Numbered from the stretch's first letter, positions 17,121 to 27,938 are shown. The stretch: 64,000 nt of DNA from an uncultured Planctomycetia bacterium (GCA_964642015.1 CAZXLF010000001.1:368168-432167); one strand, 5' to 3'. Notes: a model not told the origin generated them from the letters alone. Made by a program: numbers and translations.

Positions 17121-18583
17121 CCTCTCTTAAAAAATTAATTAGCGAGGCATGCCCCGAATATTTGCGCACGTTCGAATTACCTGATATTGCTGTCCGGGGT
17201 ATTGAATGCGACTCAAGAAAGATAGAAAAAGATTTTTTGTTTGTCATGATCCGCGGGGAAAAGTTGGATGGCAGGCAATTTGCCGAGGAAGCCATCCGGC
17301 GTGGAGCGGCGGCGCTGGTGGGTGATAGACAAATATTTTTATCAACAACCGTACCGTTCATCCTGGTGCCCGATAGTCGGCTTACCGCCGCGAGGCTTGC
17401 TTCCGTTTTTCATAATTATCCTGACAAAAAAATCTGCACGATAGGGATCACCGGAACGAACGGAAAAACTACCTGCAGTTATTTGATCGAACATTTGCTT
17501 CAAAGTTTAAATAAAAAGGCGGGTGTGCTGGGAACCGTTAACTATCGTTATGCCGGAAAAATGATTCCGGCCGTTGAAACGACACCTGGGCCTTTGCGGA
17601 TCCAATCGATGCTTTCGGAAATGGTTGATCATGACTGCGAATACGCGGTGATGGAAGTTTCTTCGCACGCTTTGAGTCAGAACCGGGTAGGCGGGATTGA
17701 TTTTGAGACTGCGCTCTTCACGAATCTTACGCAGGATCATTTGGATTATCACAAAACTATGGAAGCGTATTTTGAATGTAAATCCAGACTATTCACGCAT
17801 CTTTCACCGGGCAAGACTTCTGTGATTAATATTGATGATGAATGGGGGTCAAGGCTTATTCAGATGGTTAGTTCGAACGTTATCAGCTATGCGGTCAATC
17901 ACGGAGATGCAGACCTCTGTGCCTGCAACATAAAATTCAATATTGACGGTACATATTTTGATCTTGTGGACGGTGAAGGGAAAATAAAGGTCACCTCTCC
18001 TCTTATCGGATTACACAACGTTTATAATGTTCTAGGGACTTTTGGAGTGATCAAGGCGCTTGGTTTTGATCTTAAGAAAGCGGCGGATTCTTTGAACGGG
18101 TTCCAAGGGGTGCCGGGACGTCTTGAAGCTTTGAATATGGGTCAGGATTTCCATCTCTTTGTGGATTACGCGCATACGCCAGATGGTTTAGAAAATGTGC
18201 TTTTAAGTCTGCGGCCGTATAAAAAGAAAAAACTTTTTGTTGTTTTCGGATGCGGCGGCGAACGCGACAAGGATAAGCGACCGAAGATGGGCCGCATCGC
18301 CAGTGAACATTCAGACCATGTTTTTGTGACTTCGGATAATCCCCGCTCGGAGGATCCTCATACGATCGCCAAGGAAATTCAATCAGGTTTCACCTCTGAT
18401 TTTAAAGAATTTACGATCATGCTGGACCGCAGAAAAGCGATCCGTCAGGCATTGCTGACCGCGCGGGCAGGGGATATCGTATTATTGGCCGGCAAAGGTC
18501 ATGAGACCACTCAGGTTATCGGGAATCAATCGCTGCCGTTCAATGATAAGGAAGAAGCGGAAAGAGTTTTGAGTGGACGTTAA
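17117..18583 (+). CDS. murE: UDP-N-acetylmuramoyl-L-alanyl-D-glutamate--2,6-diaminopimelate ligase
   Basis: Mur ligase P-loop GITGTNGKTT. The DNPR motif suggests meso-DAP specificity. Confidence 0.95.
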   Translation: MTSLKKLISEACPEYLRTFELPDIAVRGIECDSRKIEKDFLFVMIRGEKLDGRQFAEEAIRRGAAALVGDRQIFLSTTVPFILVPDSRLTAARLASVFHNYPDKKICTIGITGTNGKTTCSYLIEHLLQSLNKKAGVLGTVNYRYAGKMIPAVETTPGPLRIQSMLSEMVDHDCEYAVMEVSSHALSQNRVGGIDFETALFTNLTQDHLDYHKTMEAYFECKSRLFTHLSPGKTSVINIDDEWGSRLIQMVSSNVISYAVNHGDADLCACNIKFNIDGTYFDLVDGEGKIKVTSPLIGLHNVYNVLGTFGVIKALGFDLKKAADSLNGFQGVPGRLEALNMGQDFHLFVDYAHTPDGLENVLLSLRPYKKKKLFVVFGCGGERDKDKRPKMGRIASEHSDHVFVTSDNPRSEDPHTIAKEIQSGFTSDFKEFTIMLDRRKAIRQALLTARAGDIVLLAGKGHETTQVIGNQSLPFNDKEEAERVLSGR

Positions 18584-19958
18584 GCTGAAAAATATCATTC
18601 AGGCGATCGGCGCCGAAGTCATCGGTGATATTGATCAAGGCCAATCTATCCACGAAATATCTACGGATACACGAGCATTAGACAAAGCGGACCTTTTTAT
18701 TGCTTTGATCGGAAAACAATTCAACGGCCATGATTTTATCAAGGAAGCCGCTGAGAAGAAAGTCCGATACTTTGTCATCTCGGATACAAAAATAATTACG
18801 CCCGATCTTAAAAAATCGGCTGTATTTTTTATTGTCCAAGACACTTTAAAGGCTTACGGAGATCTGGCAAGTTTTTATAGAAGGCAATTCAAAATACCGG
18901 CCGTTGCGATCACCGGAAGTTCCGGGAAGACAACCGTTAAGGAATTAAGCACCCATGTCATTTCACAGTCCTATAGTGTTCTAAAAAATAGAGGCACTGA
19001 GAACAATTTAGTCGGTGTGCCTAAGACAATTTTTCAGTTGAACGAAGCTCATCAGGTCATGGTGCTAGAGATGGGTACGAGTTTTCCGGGCGAAATCGAG
19101 CGGCTTTCATCGATTATCGGGCCTCAAGTAGGGCTCGTGACGCAGATTGGCTTGGCACATCTCGAAGGTTTCGGCAGCCAGGAAAAAATAAAGGAGGAAA
19201 AGCTTAAAGTATTGAACCATTTAGAACGAGGAGGCACTCTGGTCCTGAATGGCCAAGACCCTTTGCTTAAGGATGTTAAAAGCGGGGTTCATAAAGTAGT
19301 GCGCGTAGCGCTTGAGAAGAATGGTAATGATTTCTGGGCTGAACAGATATGGTGCCATGAGACCGGATCTTCATTTTATCTGAACGGCAAAGATCTCTTC
19401 GAGACTCAGCTTATAGGTAGGCACAATGTGCTGAACTGTCTGTTTGCGATCGCTGTGGCGATCGCCTTGGGAGTGGAGTTATCATTGATCCAAAAGGCGC
19501 TCACCTCTTTTAAACCTGTCAACGGGCGCATGTTCCCGAAATCGTTTGACGGCATACAATTTTTGGACGACACTTACAATTCTAACCCGAATTCTTTCAA
19601 AGCTTCGCTTGAAACGTTGAAAGAATTCAAAATGCGCGGTCGCAAAGGCGTCGTTTGCGGAGACATGCTTGAACTAGGCGGTCAGTCTGAGACGCTTCAC
19701 CGTCAGATCGGAGCTCTTATCGCGGATTGGCTTTTTGACTATGTGATAGCCGTTGGACCGATGTCGAAATTTCTTGTGGATGAAGCGATCCAGAAAGGGT
19801 TTGATCCTAAAAGGGTGCATCATGTTGCGGATAGCGTGGAAGCAGGAAGGCTTTGCCGCGAGATCGCTCAAACCGGGGATATGATCCTGGTTAAAGGATC
19901 GCGTGGAATGAAAATGGAAAAGGTTTTCGAATGCTTTATCACCTCCTCTATCCGCTAA
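18573..19958 (+). CDS. murF: UDP-MurNAc-tripeptide--D-alanyl-D-alanine ligase
   Basis: Mur ligase fold with P-loop ITGSSGKTT. Position and order match murF. Confidence 0.9.
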   Translation: MDVKLKNIIQAIGAEVIGDIDQGQSIHEISTDTRALDKADLFIALIGKQFNGHDFIKEAAEKKVRYFVISDTKIITPDLKKSAVFFIVQDTLKAYGDLASFYRRQFKIPAVAITGSSGKTTVKELSTHVISQSYSVLKNRGTENNLVGVPKTIFQLNEAHQVMVLEMGTSFPGEIERLSSIIGPQVGLVTQIGLAHLEGFGSQEKIKEEKLKVLNHLERGGTLVLNGQDPLLKDVKSGVHKVVRVALEKNGNDFWAEQIWCHETGSSFYLNGKDLFETQLIGRHNVLNCLFAIAVAIALGVELSLIQKALTSFKPVNGRMFPKSFDGIQFLDDTYNSNPNSFKASLETLKEFKMRGRKGVVCGDMLELGGQSETLHRQIGALIADWLFDYVIAVGPMSKFLVDEAIQKGFDPKRVHHVADSVEAGRLCREIAQTGDMILVKGSRGMKMEKVFECFITSSIR

Positions 19959-21019
19959 GGGATTATTTCTTCGGGTTCAACGTTTTTCGCTACATCACTT
20001 TTCGCGCAGCGATGGCAAGCATCACGGCATTTCTTGTCAGTCTGTTGATCGGGCCTTTTGTCATCCGGTTTTTGCATCAATTAGAGCTTAAACAAACGAT
20101 CCATCGCGAAGGATTCTCAAAGCTGTATAAGGCTCACGAGGGCAAGGAAAAAGTGCCGACGATGGGCGGCTTATTGATCTTAGGATCGCTTGTGATCTCG
20201 ACGGTCTTATGGGCCGATCTGGCCAACCGTTATGTATTGATATGTCTTTTGGTGGTGATATGGCTTGGTTTTGTCGGTTTTTTGGATGACTATATAAAAT
20301 TTTTAAAAAAAGATTCCAAGGGATTAAAAGCAGCGACGAAATTTTTCGGACAGATATCGATCAGTTTAGCATTGGGCCTTTTTTTATATTTTGACTCAAC
20401 TTTTTGGCAGAATTTAAACGTCCCTTTTCTTAAAAATTTGGTTTTGACATTGGGCCCGCTTTATATTTTGTTCGTTATTTTAGTCATAACAGGCGCTTCA
20501 AATGCGGTGAATCTTACCGACGGGCTTGATGGTTTGGCGATCGGGTGCACCGCAATGATAGCGTTGACTTACGGTTTGCTCAGTTATCTTGTTGGAAATA
20601 TCAAGATCAGCGGTTATCTGCATATTCCTTATGTTCCGGGTTCTGGTGAACTGGCTATTTTTTGTTTGGCGTTATTTGGAGCCGGAATGGGTTTTCTCTG
20701 GTTCAATTCTCATCCCGCAAGCGTATTCATGGGAGATACAGGATCTCTCAGTATAGGAGGCGCTCTTGGAACCGTGGCGCTTCTGACCAAGAAAGAGCTT
20801 TTACTTTTGATCATCGGCGGTGTATTTGTTATGGAAGCGCTTTCGGTGATTATACAAGTAGCCAGTTACAAGTCTCGGAAGAAAAGAGTGTTCTTGATGG
20901 CGCCAATCCATCACCATTTTCAGCTGAAGGGTCTATCAGAATCTAAGGTTGTGATCCGATTTTGGATCGTGTCTTTTATTTTGACTCTGATCGGCCTGGC
21001 ATCGCTTAAATTGCAATGA
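19931..21019 (+). CDS. mraY: phospho-N-acetylmuramoyl-pentapeptide transferase
   Basis: Ten-TM protein with NAVNLTDGLDGLA and HHHFQLKG motifs. Confidence 0.95.
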   Translation: MLYHLLYPLRDYFFGFNVFRYITFRAAMASITAFLVSLLIGPFVIRFLHQLELKQTIHREGFSKLYKAHEGKEKVPTMGGLLILGSLVISTVLWADLANRYVLICLLVVIWLGFVGFLDDYIKFLKKDSKGLKAATKFFGQISISLALGLFLYFDSTFWQNLNVPFLKNLVLTLGPLYILFVILVITGASNAVNLTDGLDGLAIGCTAMIALTYGLLSYLVGNIKISGYLHIPYVPGSGELAIFCLALFGAGMGFLWFNSHPASVFMGDTGSLSIGGALGTVALLTKKELLLLIIGGVFVMEALSVIIQVASYKSRKKRVFLMAPIHHHFQLKGLSESKVVIRFWIVSFILTLIGLASLKLQ

Positions 21020-21026
21020 GAAAAGA

Positions 21027-22448
21027 ATGAATTTCAAGAACAAACACATCTGTGTCATCGGTCTTGGTAAAAGCGGGTTTGCCGCGTCGAGGTTTTTGCA
21101 TCATCATGGCGCCAATGTAAGAGTGACCGATTCTTCGGATAAAAAAGAGGTTCTTGAAAACGCCGATTTTTTAAAAAACTTGGGCGTTCTGGTCGAGACC
21201 GGTGGCCATTCAGAGACTTTTGTCAAAAAAAGCGATTTGATCATAACAAGCCCAGGGGTGTCGAAAAGCAGTTTGCCTCTGCAAATCGCCGCAAAAATAA
21301 AAATTCCCGTGATCAGCGAAATTGAACTTGCATCCTATTTTTGTAAAGGTCGTAAAGTGGCTGTGACAGGGTCTAACGGAAAGACGACGACATGCCACTT
21401 GATCGATCGGATTATCCGTGATGCTGGAAGAAAGAGCGCTCTCTGCGGCAATGTTGGTTATTCATTTTTGGAAGCGGTTCCTTCCATTGATAAGAAAACG
21501 ACAGCAGTGATCGAGCTGAGCTCGTTTCAATTGGAAGACAGCCCGACTTTCAGACCGCAAGTCGCTGTGGTCCTGAACGTCAGCCGCAACCATTTGGACC
21601 GTCATGGGAGCATGGAGGCATATATCAAGGCAAAGGAAGCTATTTTTAGGAATCAGAGAAAAACAGATTGCCTTATTTTAAATTATAATGATGCCATTGT
21701 TAATCAGATGGCTCAAAAAACACGTTCGCAAGTTATCTTCTTCAGTAAACAGCCGATTTCCAATGGTGTTTTTGCAAGGAATGGGCAAATTGTTTTCCGC
21801 AAAAATAATCAGGAGAAGATACTGTTAAATTACGGCAGGTTAAAATTAAAAGGCGATCATAATCTTGAGAACGTTCTTGCGGCAGTCACTGTCGCTATAG
21901 TTTTGAAGTTACCGATGCGTAGCGTCCAGAAGACCATCAATTCCTTTGAAACGCTTGAGCACAGGATCGAATCGATCGGTACGCTCGGCGATGTCCATTT
22001 TATCAACGATTCCAAATCGACGACTGTTGAGAGTACGGTTGCAGCGATCAAAGCGATCGATGGCCCTGTCATCCTGATCGCCGGAGGGCGGAATAAAGGT
22101 GCGCTGTTTAATGAGATCGAACCGTTGTTAAACCAGAAAGTGAAACAGGCGGTGCTTTATGGTGAATCCCGTGAAGCGATCGCTTCATCATGGAAGTCTT
22201 ATAAAAAGTATCATATGGAATCCGATTTTAGAAAAGCGGTCAGGACGGCTTATAGCCTGGCCGAAAAAGGGGATTCAATTTTATTGTCTCCTATGTGCAC
22301 TAGCTTTGACCAATTCAGCTGTTTTGAGGAGCGCGGAGAAGTTTTTAAAGACGAATTTGCCAATCTAAAACGTTTATTTGATTCGCTCCATTCCGACCAC
22401 CTTAACGAAGCATCTGTAACGATCGCTGCTCGTTCAAGCATGCGTTGA
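21027..22448 (+). CDS. murD: UDP-N-acetylmuramoylalanine--D-glutamate ligase
   Basis: VIGLGKSG Rossmann N-terminus and Mur ligase P-loop VTGSNGKTT. Confidence 0.95.
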   Translation: MNFKNKHICVIGLGKSGFAASRFLHHHGANVRVTDSSDKKEVLENADFLKNLGVLVETGGHSETFVKKSDLIITSPGVSKSSLPLQIAAKIKIPVISEIELASYFCKGRKVAVTGSNGKTTTCHLIDRIIRDAGRKSALCGNVGYSFLEAVPSIDKKTTAVIELSSFQLEDSPTFRPQVAVVLNVSRNHLDRHGSMEAYIKAKEAIFRNQRKTDCLILNYNDAIVNQMAQKTRSQVIFFSKQPISNGVFARNGQIVFRKNNQEKILLNYGRLKLKGDHNLENVLAAVTVAIVLKLPMRSVQKTINSFETLEHRIESIGTLGDVHFINDSKSTTVESTVAAIKAIDGPVILIAGGRNKGALFNEIEPLLNQKVKQAVLYGESREAIASSWKSYKKYHMESDFRKAVRTAYSLAEKGDSILLSPMCTSFDQFSCFEERGEVFKDEFANLKRLFDSLHSDHLNEASVTIAARSSMR

Positions 22449-23566
22449 AATTCATGGAACCCTTAGCAAAGGCCAGAAATCTTCTGGTAGGATCCGCACT
22501 TGTTCTCTTATCGACAGGCATTGTGATGATATACAGCGCCAGCGCGATTTACTCGTTCGATCGCATGGGAGACAGCTGTTATTTCATCAAGCGTCATTTG
22601 GCTTATCTGGCCGTGGGTACTTTTCTGGCTTTTTGGGCGGCATCGGTCGATTACCAGGCAATGAGAAAGCGCGCGTTACCAATTCTGGGGACAGCGGTGG
22701 CTCTTTTAGTATTTGTGCTAATTCCTCACGTTGGACATTCTACAGGCGGAGCCAGAAGATGGTTCAAAGTGTTGGGTTTCAGTTTCCAGCCTTCGGAATT
22801 CTTGAAGCTCGCGCTTATTTTCTATATGGCGGATTATTTGCAACGAAAGAAGGACTCTCTTAAAGACATTAAACACACACTGTTACCAGCTCTTTTTGTG
22901 TTGGGAGCTAGCGCAGGCCTGATATTAAAGCAGCCGGACCTAGGCACAGCTGTTACCATAGCGCTTGTGACCTTGATTATGTTTTTTGCGGCGGGGATCG
23001 ATATCAAATATCTTTTGGTGATCGTAACGGGCGCAGTTCCCATGCTCGCATATTTGATGCTCGCAAAACCTTATCGCCGTAAAAGAATCCTTGCATTTTT
23101 TCATCCGTGGGATGACCCGCGGGGAGTGGGATTTCAGATCATCCAGTCATTTTTGGCTTTGGGTTCAGGAGGACTTTTTGGAGTGGGGTTGGGCAAGTCT
23201 CAGCAAAAATTATTTTATCTTCCTGAATCTCACACAGATTTTATTTTTTCGATCATCGGTGAAGAATTGGGTTTTATCGGCGCAAGCGCGGTGGTCATTC
23301 TGTTCATTATATTCATTTTCGCGGGCATGGTAATTGTATTTCGCGCACGCGATCATTTCTCTCAGCTCATGAGCCTTGGCCTGATCAGTCTTATCGCGAT
23401 AGAAGCGATCATCAATATCGGAGTCAGCATCGGCGCATTACCTACCAAAGGGCTGTCTTTGCCTTTCATTAGTTACGGCGGTTCGGCGCTTTTAGCGAAT
23501 ATGGTCGCTCTGGGATTATTGGTAAATGTTTCGAAGCGATTGCCCGATCAAGAACAGCAAGCATAA
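22445..23566 (+). CDS. ftsW: peptidoglycan glycosyltransferase FtsW (SEDS family)
   Basis: Ten-TM SEDS pattern (…QPSEFLKL…, …PESHTDFIFS…, …LPTKGLSLPFISYGGSA…). Confidence 0.9.
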   Translation: MKFMEPLAKARNLLVGSALVLLSTGIVMIYSASAIYSFDRMGDSCYFIKRHLAYLAVGTFLAFWAASVDYQAMRKRALPILGTAVALLVFVLIPHVGHSTGGARRWFKVLGFSFQPSEFLKLALIFYMADYLQRKKDSLKDIKHTLLPALFVLGASAGLILKQPDLGTAVTIALVTLIMFFAAGIDIKYLLVIVTGAVPMLAYLMLAKPYRRKRILAFFHPWDDPRGVGFQIIQSFLALGSGGLFGVGLGKSQQKLFYLPESHTDFIFSIIGEELGFIGASAVVILFIIFIFAGMVIVFRARDHFSQLMSLGLISLIAIEAIINIGVSIGALPTKGLSLPFISYGGSALLANMVALGLLVNVSKRLPDQEQQA

Positions 23567-23589
23567 TCATTGATGTCTGGAGACGTGTT

Positions 23590-24708
23590 ATGAAAATAAT
23601 GATGGCCTGCGGAGGTACAGGCGGGCATATTTTTCCGGCATTCAGCGTTGCGGAAGAGATTAAAGAAAGAGATATCTCCGCAGAGATCGTATACGTCTGC
23701 GGGAAATTGGATATCGAAAACGCGATTTTTAAGATCGTTTCTGATGAGAAAGTGGTATCGGTGGAAAGTGCCCCTTTTCGGGGCGCTCGTTCTTTATTCA
23801 GTCCCATTTTTTTGATAAAATTGATCCAAGGGTTATGGCAATCGTTCAGGATATTGCAGAATGAAAAGCCGGATCTTGTGACTGGATTCGGCGGTTATTT
23901 TGCTTTTCCGATCGTGCTTGTGGCCAGTTGGATGCGAATCCCAACGCTTATACACGAACAAAATGTGATACCCGGCAAGGCGAATAAGGCGCTTGCCGGG
24001 ATCGTTGATGGCGTTGCGCTTAGTTTTCCCGAGACGCGTCAATGGCTGGACCCTAAAGGCGAATGTCGGGTAACGGGGAACCCGGTCAGGTTGGCTATTG
24101 AAAGGGATTGTCGGCCTGAGGCTTTAAGATTTTTTGGTTTTGATGATCATCGGGTGACTTTGTTGGTGCTGGGTGGAAGTCAGGGCGCCGAATCTATCAA
24201 TGTTCTTTTTCTAGGCGCGCTGCCTTTGATGGCGGATTCAGTTAAAAATAAGATTCAGGTCGTGCATCTTTGCGGGCGCATGGCCGCGACCACTGCAGAA
24301 GAAGCTCTAAAGAAACACGGCGTCTTGGGTAAAGCTTACTCATTTTTTGAGCGTATGGATTTGATTTACAGCGTTTCTGATCTGGCGCTCGGAAGGGCCG
24401 GAGCTACTTTTTTATCGGAAATAAGCGTAAAAAAGATACCGGCCATTTTAATTCCATATCCTTCGGCCGATGAGCATCAACTGGCCAATGCAAAAGCTTT
24501 CTGTCGTGGAAAAGATTCGGTGTATCGCGAACAGAAAGACTTGACGAGTGGAAAATTGGCAGAGGAACTCGTTCATTTTATCAACAAGGTGTTTGCAGAG
24601 AAAAGCGGGCAAACGGATATTAGACAGAATGGGCATGCGGAACAAGTTAATTCCAGGAGTTTGCTTGCAGATTATATGGTAGAGAAATTGAGAAAAAATG
24701 AGCGATAA
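23590..24708 (+). CDS. murG: UDP-GlcNAc--MurNAc-pentapeptide GlcNAc transferase
   Basis: GGTGGHIFPA N-terminal motif and the GT28 C-terminal domain. Confidence 0.95.
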   Translation: MKIMMACGGTGGHIFPAFSVAEEIKERDISAEIVYVCGKLDIENAIFKIVSDEKVVSVESAPFRGARSLFSPIFLIKLIQGLWQSFRILQNEKPDLVTGFGGYFAFPIVLVASWMRIPTLIHEQNVIPGKANKALAGIVDGVALSFPETRQWLDPKGECRVTGNPVRLAIERDCRPEALRFFGFDDHRVTLLVLGGSQGAESINVLFLGALPLMADSVKNKIQVVHLCGRMAATTAEEALKKHGVLGKAYSFFERMDLIYSVSDLALGRAGATFLSEISVKKIPAILIPYPSADEHQLANAKAFCRGKDSVYREQKDLTSGKLAEELVHFINKVFAEKSGQTDIRQNGHAEQVNSRSLLADYMVEKLRKNER

Positions 24709-26974
24709 ACAAACCGTTCACTTTATAGGTATTGGTGGCGTTGGGATGAGCGGTATCGCAAAATTCCTGCTGTCTCAAGGCTTTAAGGTGCAGGGAACCG
24801 ATGCGAAAGCCAATGACATCCTTATGTCTTTAAAGGAACTGGGCGCAAAAATTCAGGTTGGACATGATCCCTCATTTGTTGAAGGTGCGGATCTTGTTAT
24901 TTATTCATCGTCGATTCCCGTATCTCATCCCGAGAGAGCGTTTGCTGAGAAACGAGGTATTAAAATAATCCATCGTGCCGAGGCGTTGGCTGAACTGTGT
25001 CACGATAAGTTTACCATTGCAGTAACCGGTACACATGGGAAAACGACAACGACCGCGCTGATCGGTACGATCTTGGAGAGCGCTCAACGCGACCCCTCGA
25101 TCGTCGTGGGAGGGTGGGTAACTGCGTTGGGCGGAAATGCCCGTATTGGCAGAGGTAAGGAGATCGTGATCGAAGCAGACGAAAGTGATTCTTCCTTTTT
25201 GAAATTTTCCCCAGACATTGAAGTGATTACCAATATTGAAGAAGAACACATGGATCATTTTAATTCGATCAAAGAAGTGGAAAATGCTTACTATAATTTT
25301 TTGGATCGACTGCCGGTAAATGGGGAATGGTTCGGTTGCGGTGAAGACTCTAGAATTCTGGATTTTGCGCGACGTGGGATTAGGAATTCAACGCTTTACG
25401 GTTTTGACCCAACCATCAACTCGATCTATGCGACCGATATCGATGAATGTCCGGGCGGTTTGCGTGGCGTTTCTTTCAAAGTTTGGGATCGAAACGCGCT
25501 TTTGGGCAAAGTCGAAATGAAGATCATCGGCAGACACAACGTGTTGAACGCACTGGCGGCTGCGGCGGTAGGGTTAAAGTTGGGGATAACGTTTTCTACG
25601 ATTCAAAAAGCGCTCGGCACCTATCAAGGTGCCGGCAGGAGATTCGACGTAAAGTATGAAGATCCCGAATTTTTAGTTGTGGATGATTATGCGCATCATC
25701 CGACGGAAATCCAAAAGACCCTTATGGCTGCGAAAGCATTGCATAAAAAGCGGATCATTGCGTTATTTCAGCCTCATCGTTATACCCGCACTGAAACTTT
25801 TTTGGAACAATTTGCCTCGAGTTTTTTTGACGCGGACAAACTGGTGGTCACGGACATTTATGCTGCAAGCGAAATGCCCCGACCCAATGTTTCGGGTGAT
25901 CGTGTTTGCCGTGCGATCCAGACATCCGGTCATCGCGATGCAGTTTTTATAGAAAGATCGCGTCTTACGGAATATGTGCAGGAACAGATCGTGTCCGGCG
26001 ATCTTGTGATCACCTTGGGCGCCGGGGATATTGGGCAAGTTGCGACGCAATTATCGGATTATCTTAGATCATCACATAAAGATCATGTCTCAAATCCATT
26101 CGGAATGCTCAAAGGAAAAGTGTGTCTTAACGAACCGCTTTCACAGCACACTTCACTTAAAGTGGGCGGGCCGGCGGATTTTTGGATCGAGCCGGAGGAT
26201 GAAGAAGACTTAAGGCGCGCTTTACTGATTTGCAAAGAGCGTCATTTGAACGTCCATATTTTTGGCGCCGGCAGCAATCTGCTTGTTTCAGATAAAGGAT
26301 TGAGAGGCGCTGTTTTTTCTTTCTCATCGGCTTATTTCCGGGCAATTCGCCTTGAGAATGGTATGGTTGTTGCCCGCGCGGGCGTGTTGAATACCTCTTT
26401 TATTCAGCATGCGATGGAAAATGGATATGGTGGTTTTGAATTTTTGCTTGGGATTCCTGGCTGTATCGGAGGAGCGATCGCAATGAACGCTGGTAGCCAT
26501 GGTCAATCGGTGGACGCGCTAGTTTCTTCAGTTAAGGTAATGGATTTCAATGGAAATCAAAAGGTGTTGAAAAAAGGCGAAATACCTTTTAACTACCGTT
26601 CCTCGGGGATTCAAGATAACATTATTTTGGAAGGAGTTTTTTTGTTGCCGCGAAGCGATCGATCTCAAGTGCAGAAAAGGTTGGATGAGTATCACACCTA
26701 TCGGCAATCGACGCAGGACCTCAGGCATCCCAGCGCAGGTTGCATGTTCAAAAACCCGAAAGTTATTAACTGTTCCAGCGGTAAATTGATCGAAGACGCC
26801 GGACTCAAAGGGCGAAGGATCGGCAACGCCCAAATCTCTTTGAAGCACGCTAATTTCATAATCAATCTTGGTGGTGCCTCATCAAAAGATGTCATCAGTT
26901 TGATCGAAGAGGTTAGAAAAACGGTTAAGCAAAAATTTCAAGTTGAGCTTGAAACCGAGGTAAAGCTGCTATGA
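24698..26974 (+). CDS. murC: bifunctional MurC-MurB fusion: UDP-N-acetylmuramate--L-alanine ligase fused to UDP-N-acetylenolpyruvoylglucosamine reductase
   Basis: aa 1 to about 460 is MurC (GIGGVGMSG, Mur ligase P-loop VTGTHGKTTTT). aa 470 to about 758 is MurB (FAD-binding GGPADF…, GAGSNLL, …ERLDEYHTYRQSTQ…). It is one uninterrupted 758-aa frame. The junction is at about nt 26090. Confidence 0.9.
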   Translation: MSDKQTVHFIGIGGVGMSGIAKFLLSQGFKVQGTDAKANDILMSLKELGAKIQVGHDPSFVEGADLVIYSSSIPVSHPERAFAEKRGIKIIHRAEALAELCHDKFTIAVTGTHGKTTTTALIGTILESAQRDPSIVVGGWVTALGGNARIGRGKEIVIEADESDSSFLKFSPDIEVITNIEEEHMDHFNSIKEVENAYYNFLDRLPVNGEWFGCGEDSRILDFARRGIRNSTLYGFDPTINSIYATDIDECPGGLRGVSFKVWDRNALLGKVEMKIIGRHNVLNALAAAAVGLKLGITFSTIQKALGTYQGAGRRFDVKYEDPEFLVVDDYAHHPTEIQKTLMAAKALHKKRIIALFQPHRYTRTETFLEQFASSFFDADKLVVTDIYAASEMPRPNVSGDRVCRAIQTSGHRDAVFIERSRLTEYVQEQIVSGDLVITLGAGDIGQVATQLSDYLRSSHKDHVSNPFGMLKGKVCLNEPLSQHTSLKVGGPADFWIEPEDEEDLRRALLICKERHLNVHIFGAGSNLLVSDKGLRGAVFSFSSAYFRAIRLENGMVVARAGVLNTSFIQHAMENGYGGFEFLLGIPGCIGGAIAMNAGSHGQSVDALVSSVKVMDFNGNQKVLKKGEIPFNYRSSGIQDNIILEGVFLLPRSDRSQVQKRLDEYHTYRQSTQDLRHPSAGCMFKNPKVINCSSGKLIEDAGLKGRRIGNAQISLKHANFIINLGGASSKDVISLIEEVRKTVKQKFQVELETEVKLL

Positions 26975-27933
26975 TCGATTGGACGCAGGAGAAAGTTGTG
27001 GTGCTTGCCGGCGGTATGTCATGCGAAAAAGAAATTTCTCTGATTTCTGGCCAGGCAGTGCTCGATGCATTGTTAAGCAAAAATATTCCAACAGTATTGA
27101 TCGATCCAGCCGCGGATTTTACGGCTAGATTGAAAAAGGAATCTCCGACCATCGTTTTTTTGGCCTTGCACGGGACTTTCGGCGAAGATGGTTCTGTGCA
27201 AAAAATTCTTGAGGATCAGGGCATGGTTTACACAGGCTCAGGCATAGAGACGAGTCGAAACGCTTTTGACAAATCCAAGGCGCAAAAGATCTTTCAGAAT
27301 GCAGGCATAAAAGTCCCGGAATTTGCCGTCATTTTAAAAAAAGAGATCTCTGTTTTGCCAAAAAATCTTTCTTTTCCGGTGGTGGTAAAACCTGCAAGTG
27401 CGGGGTCAAGTGTCGGGATCAGCATAGTTTTTGATAGGTCCAATTTTCTGCCGGCTGTGAAAGAGGCGTTCCGCTATTCGGATACGGTTCTTGTGGATCG
27501 GTATATTTCTGGTCGGGAACTGACTGTGGGGTTTCTAGGGAATGCGCCTCTTCCGATAGTCGAAGTCATTCCGCAAAGAAAATTTTATGATTATCAGGCT
27601 AAGTATAAGGATGGCGGCACGCGATATGAATTTCCGGCGAAGTTAACACCCCAAGAGACTAAAAAAGTCGCTGACCTGGCAACGTCGGCGGTTAAGGTGG
27701 CTGGCTGCGAAGTTATGGCGCGCGTTGACCTGATCTTAGCGGACGACGGTCAGCCTTATGTGCTTGAGGTAAATACTATCCCTGGTCTTACAGGGAAAAG
27801 CCTGCTCCCTAAGGCGGCCAGCGCTGCGGGAATCGACTTTTCAACTCTTTGTGTTAGAATCTTAGACTTGTCCTTGGAAGCAAGACGGTATCGGGGATCA
27901 AGACTGCTGCCAAATGAAAAAGTGAAAATTTAA
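26971..27933 (+). CDS. ddl: D-alanine--D-alanine ligase
   Basis: ATP-grasp; FLALHGTFGEDGSVQ, PVVVKPASAGSSVGIS, EVNTIPGLT. Confidence 0.95.
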   Translation: MIDWTQEKVVVLAGGMSCEKEISLISGQAVLDALLSKNIPTVLIDPAADFTARLKKESPTIVFLALHGTFGEDGSVQKILEDQGMVYTGSGIETSRNAFDKSKAQKIFQNAGIKVPEFAVILKKEISVLPKNLSFPVVVKPASAGSSVGISIVFDRSNFLPAVKEAFRYSDTVLVDRYISGRELTVGFLGNAPLPIVEVIPQRKFYDYQAKYKDGGTRYEFPAKLTPQETKKVADLATSAVKVAGCEVMARVDLILADDGQPYVLEVNTIPGLTGKSLLPKAASAAGIDFSTLCVRILDLSLEARRYRGSRLLPNEKVKI

Positions 27934-27938
27934 TATTC

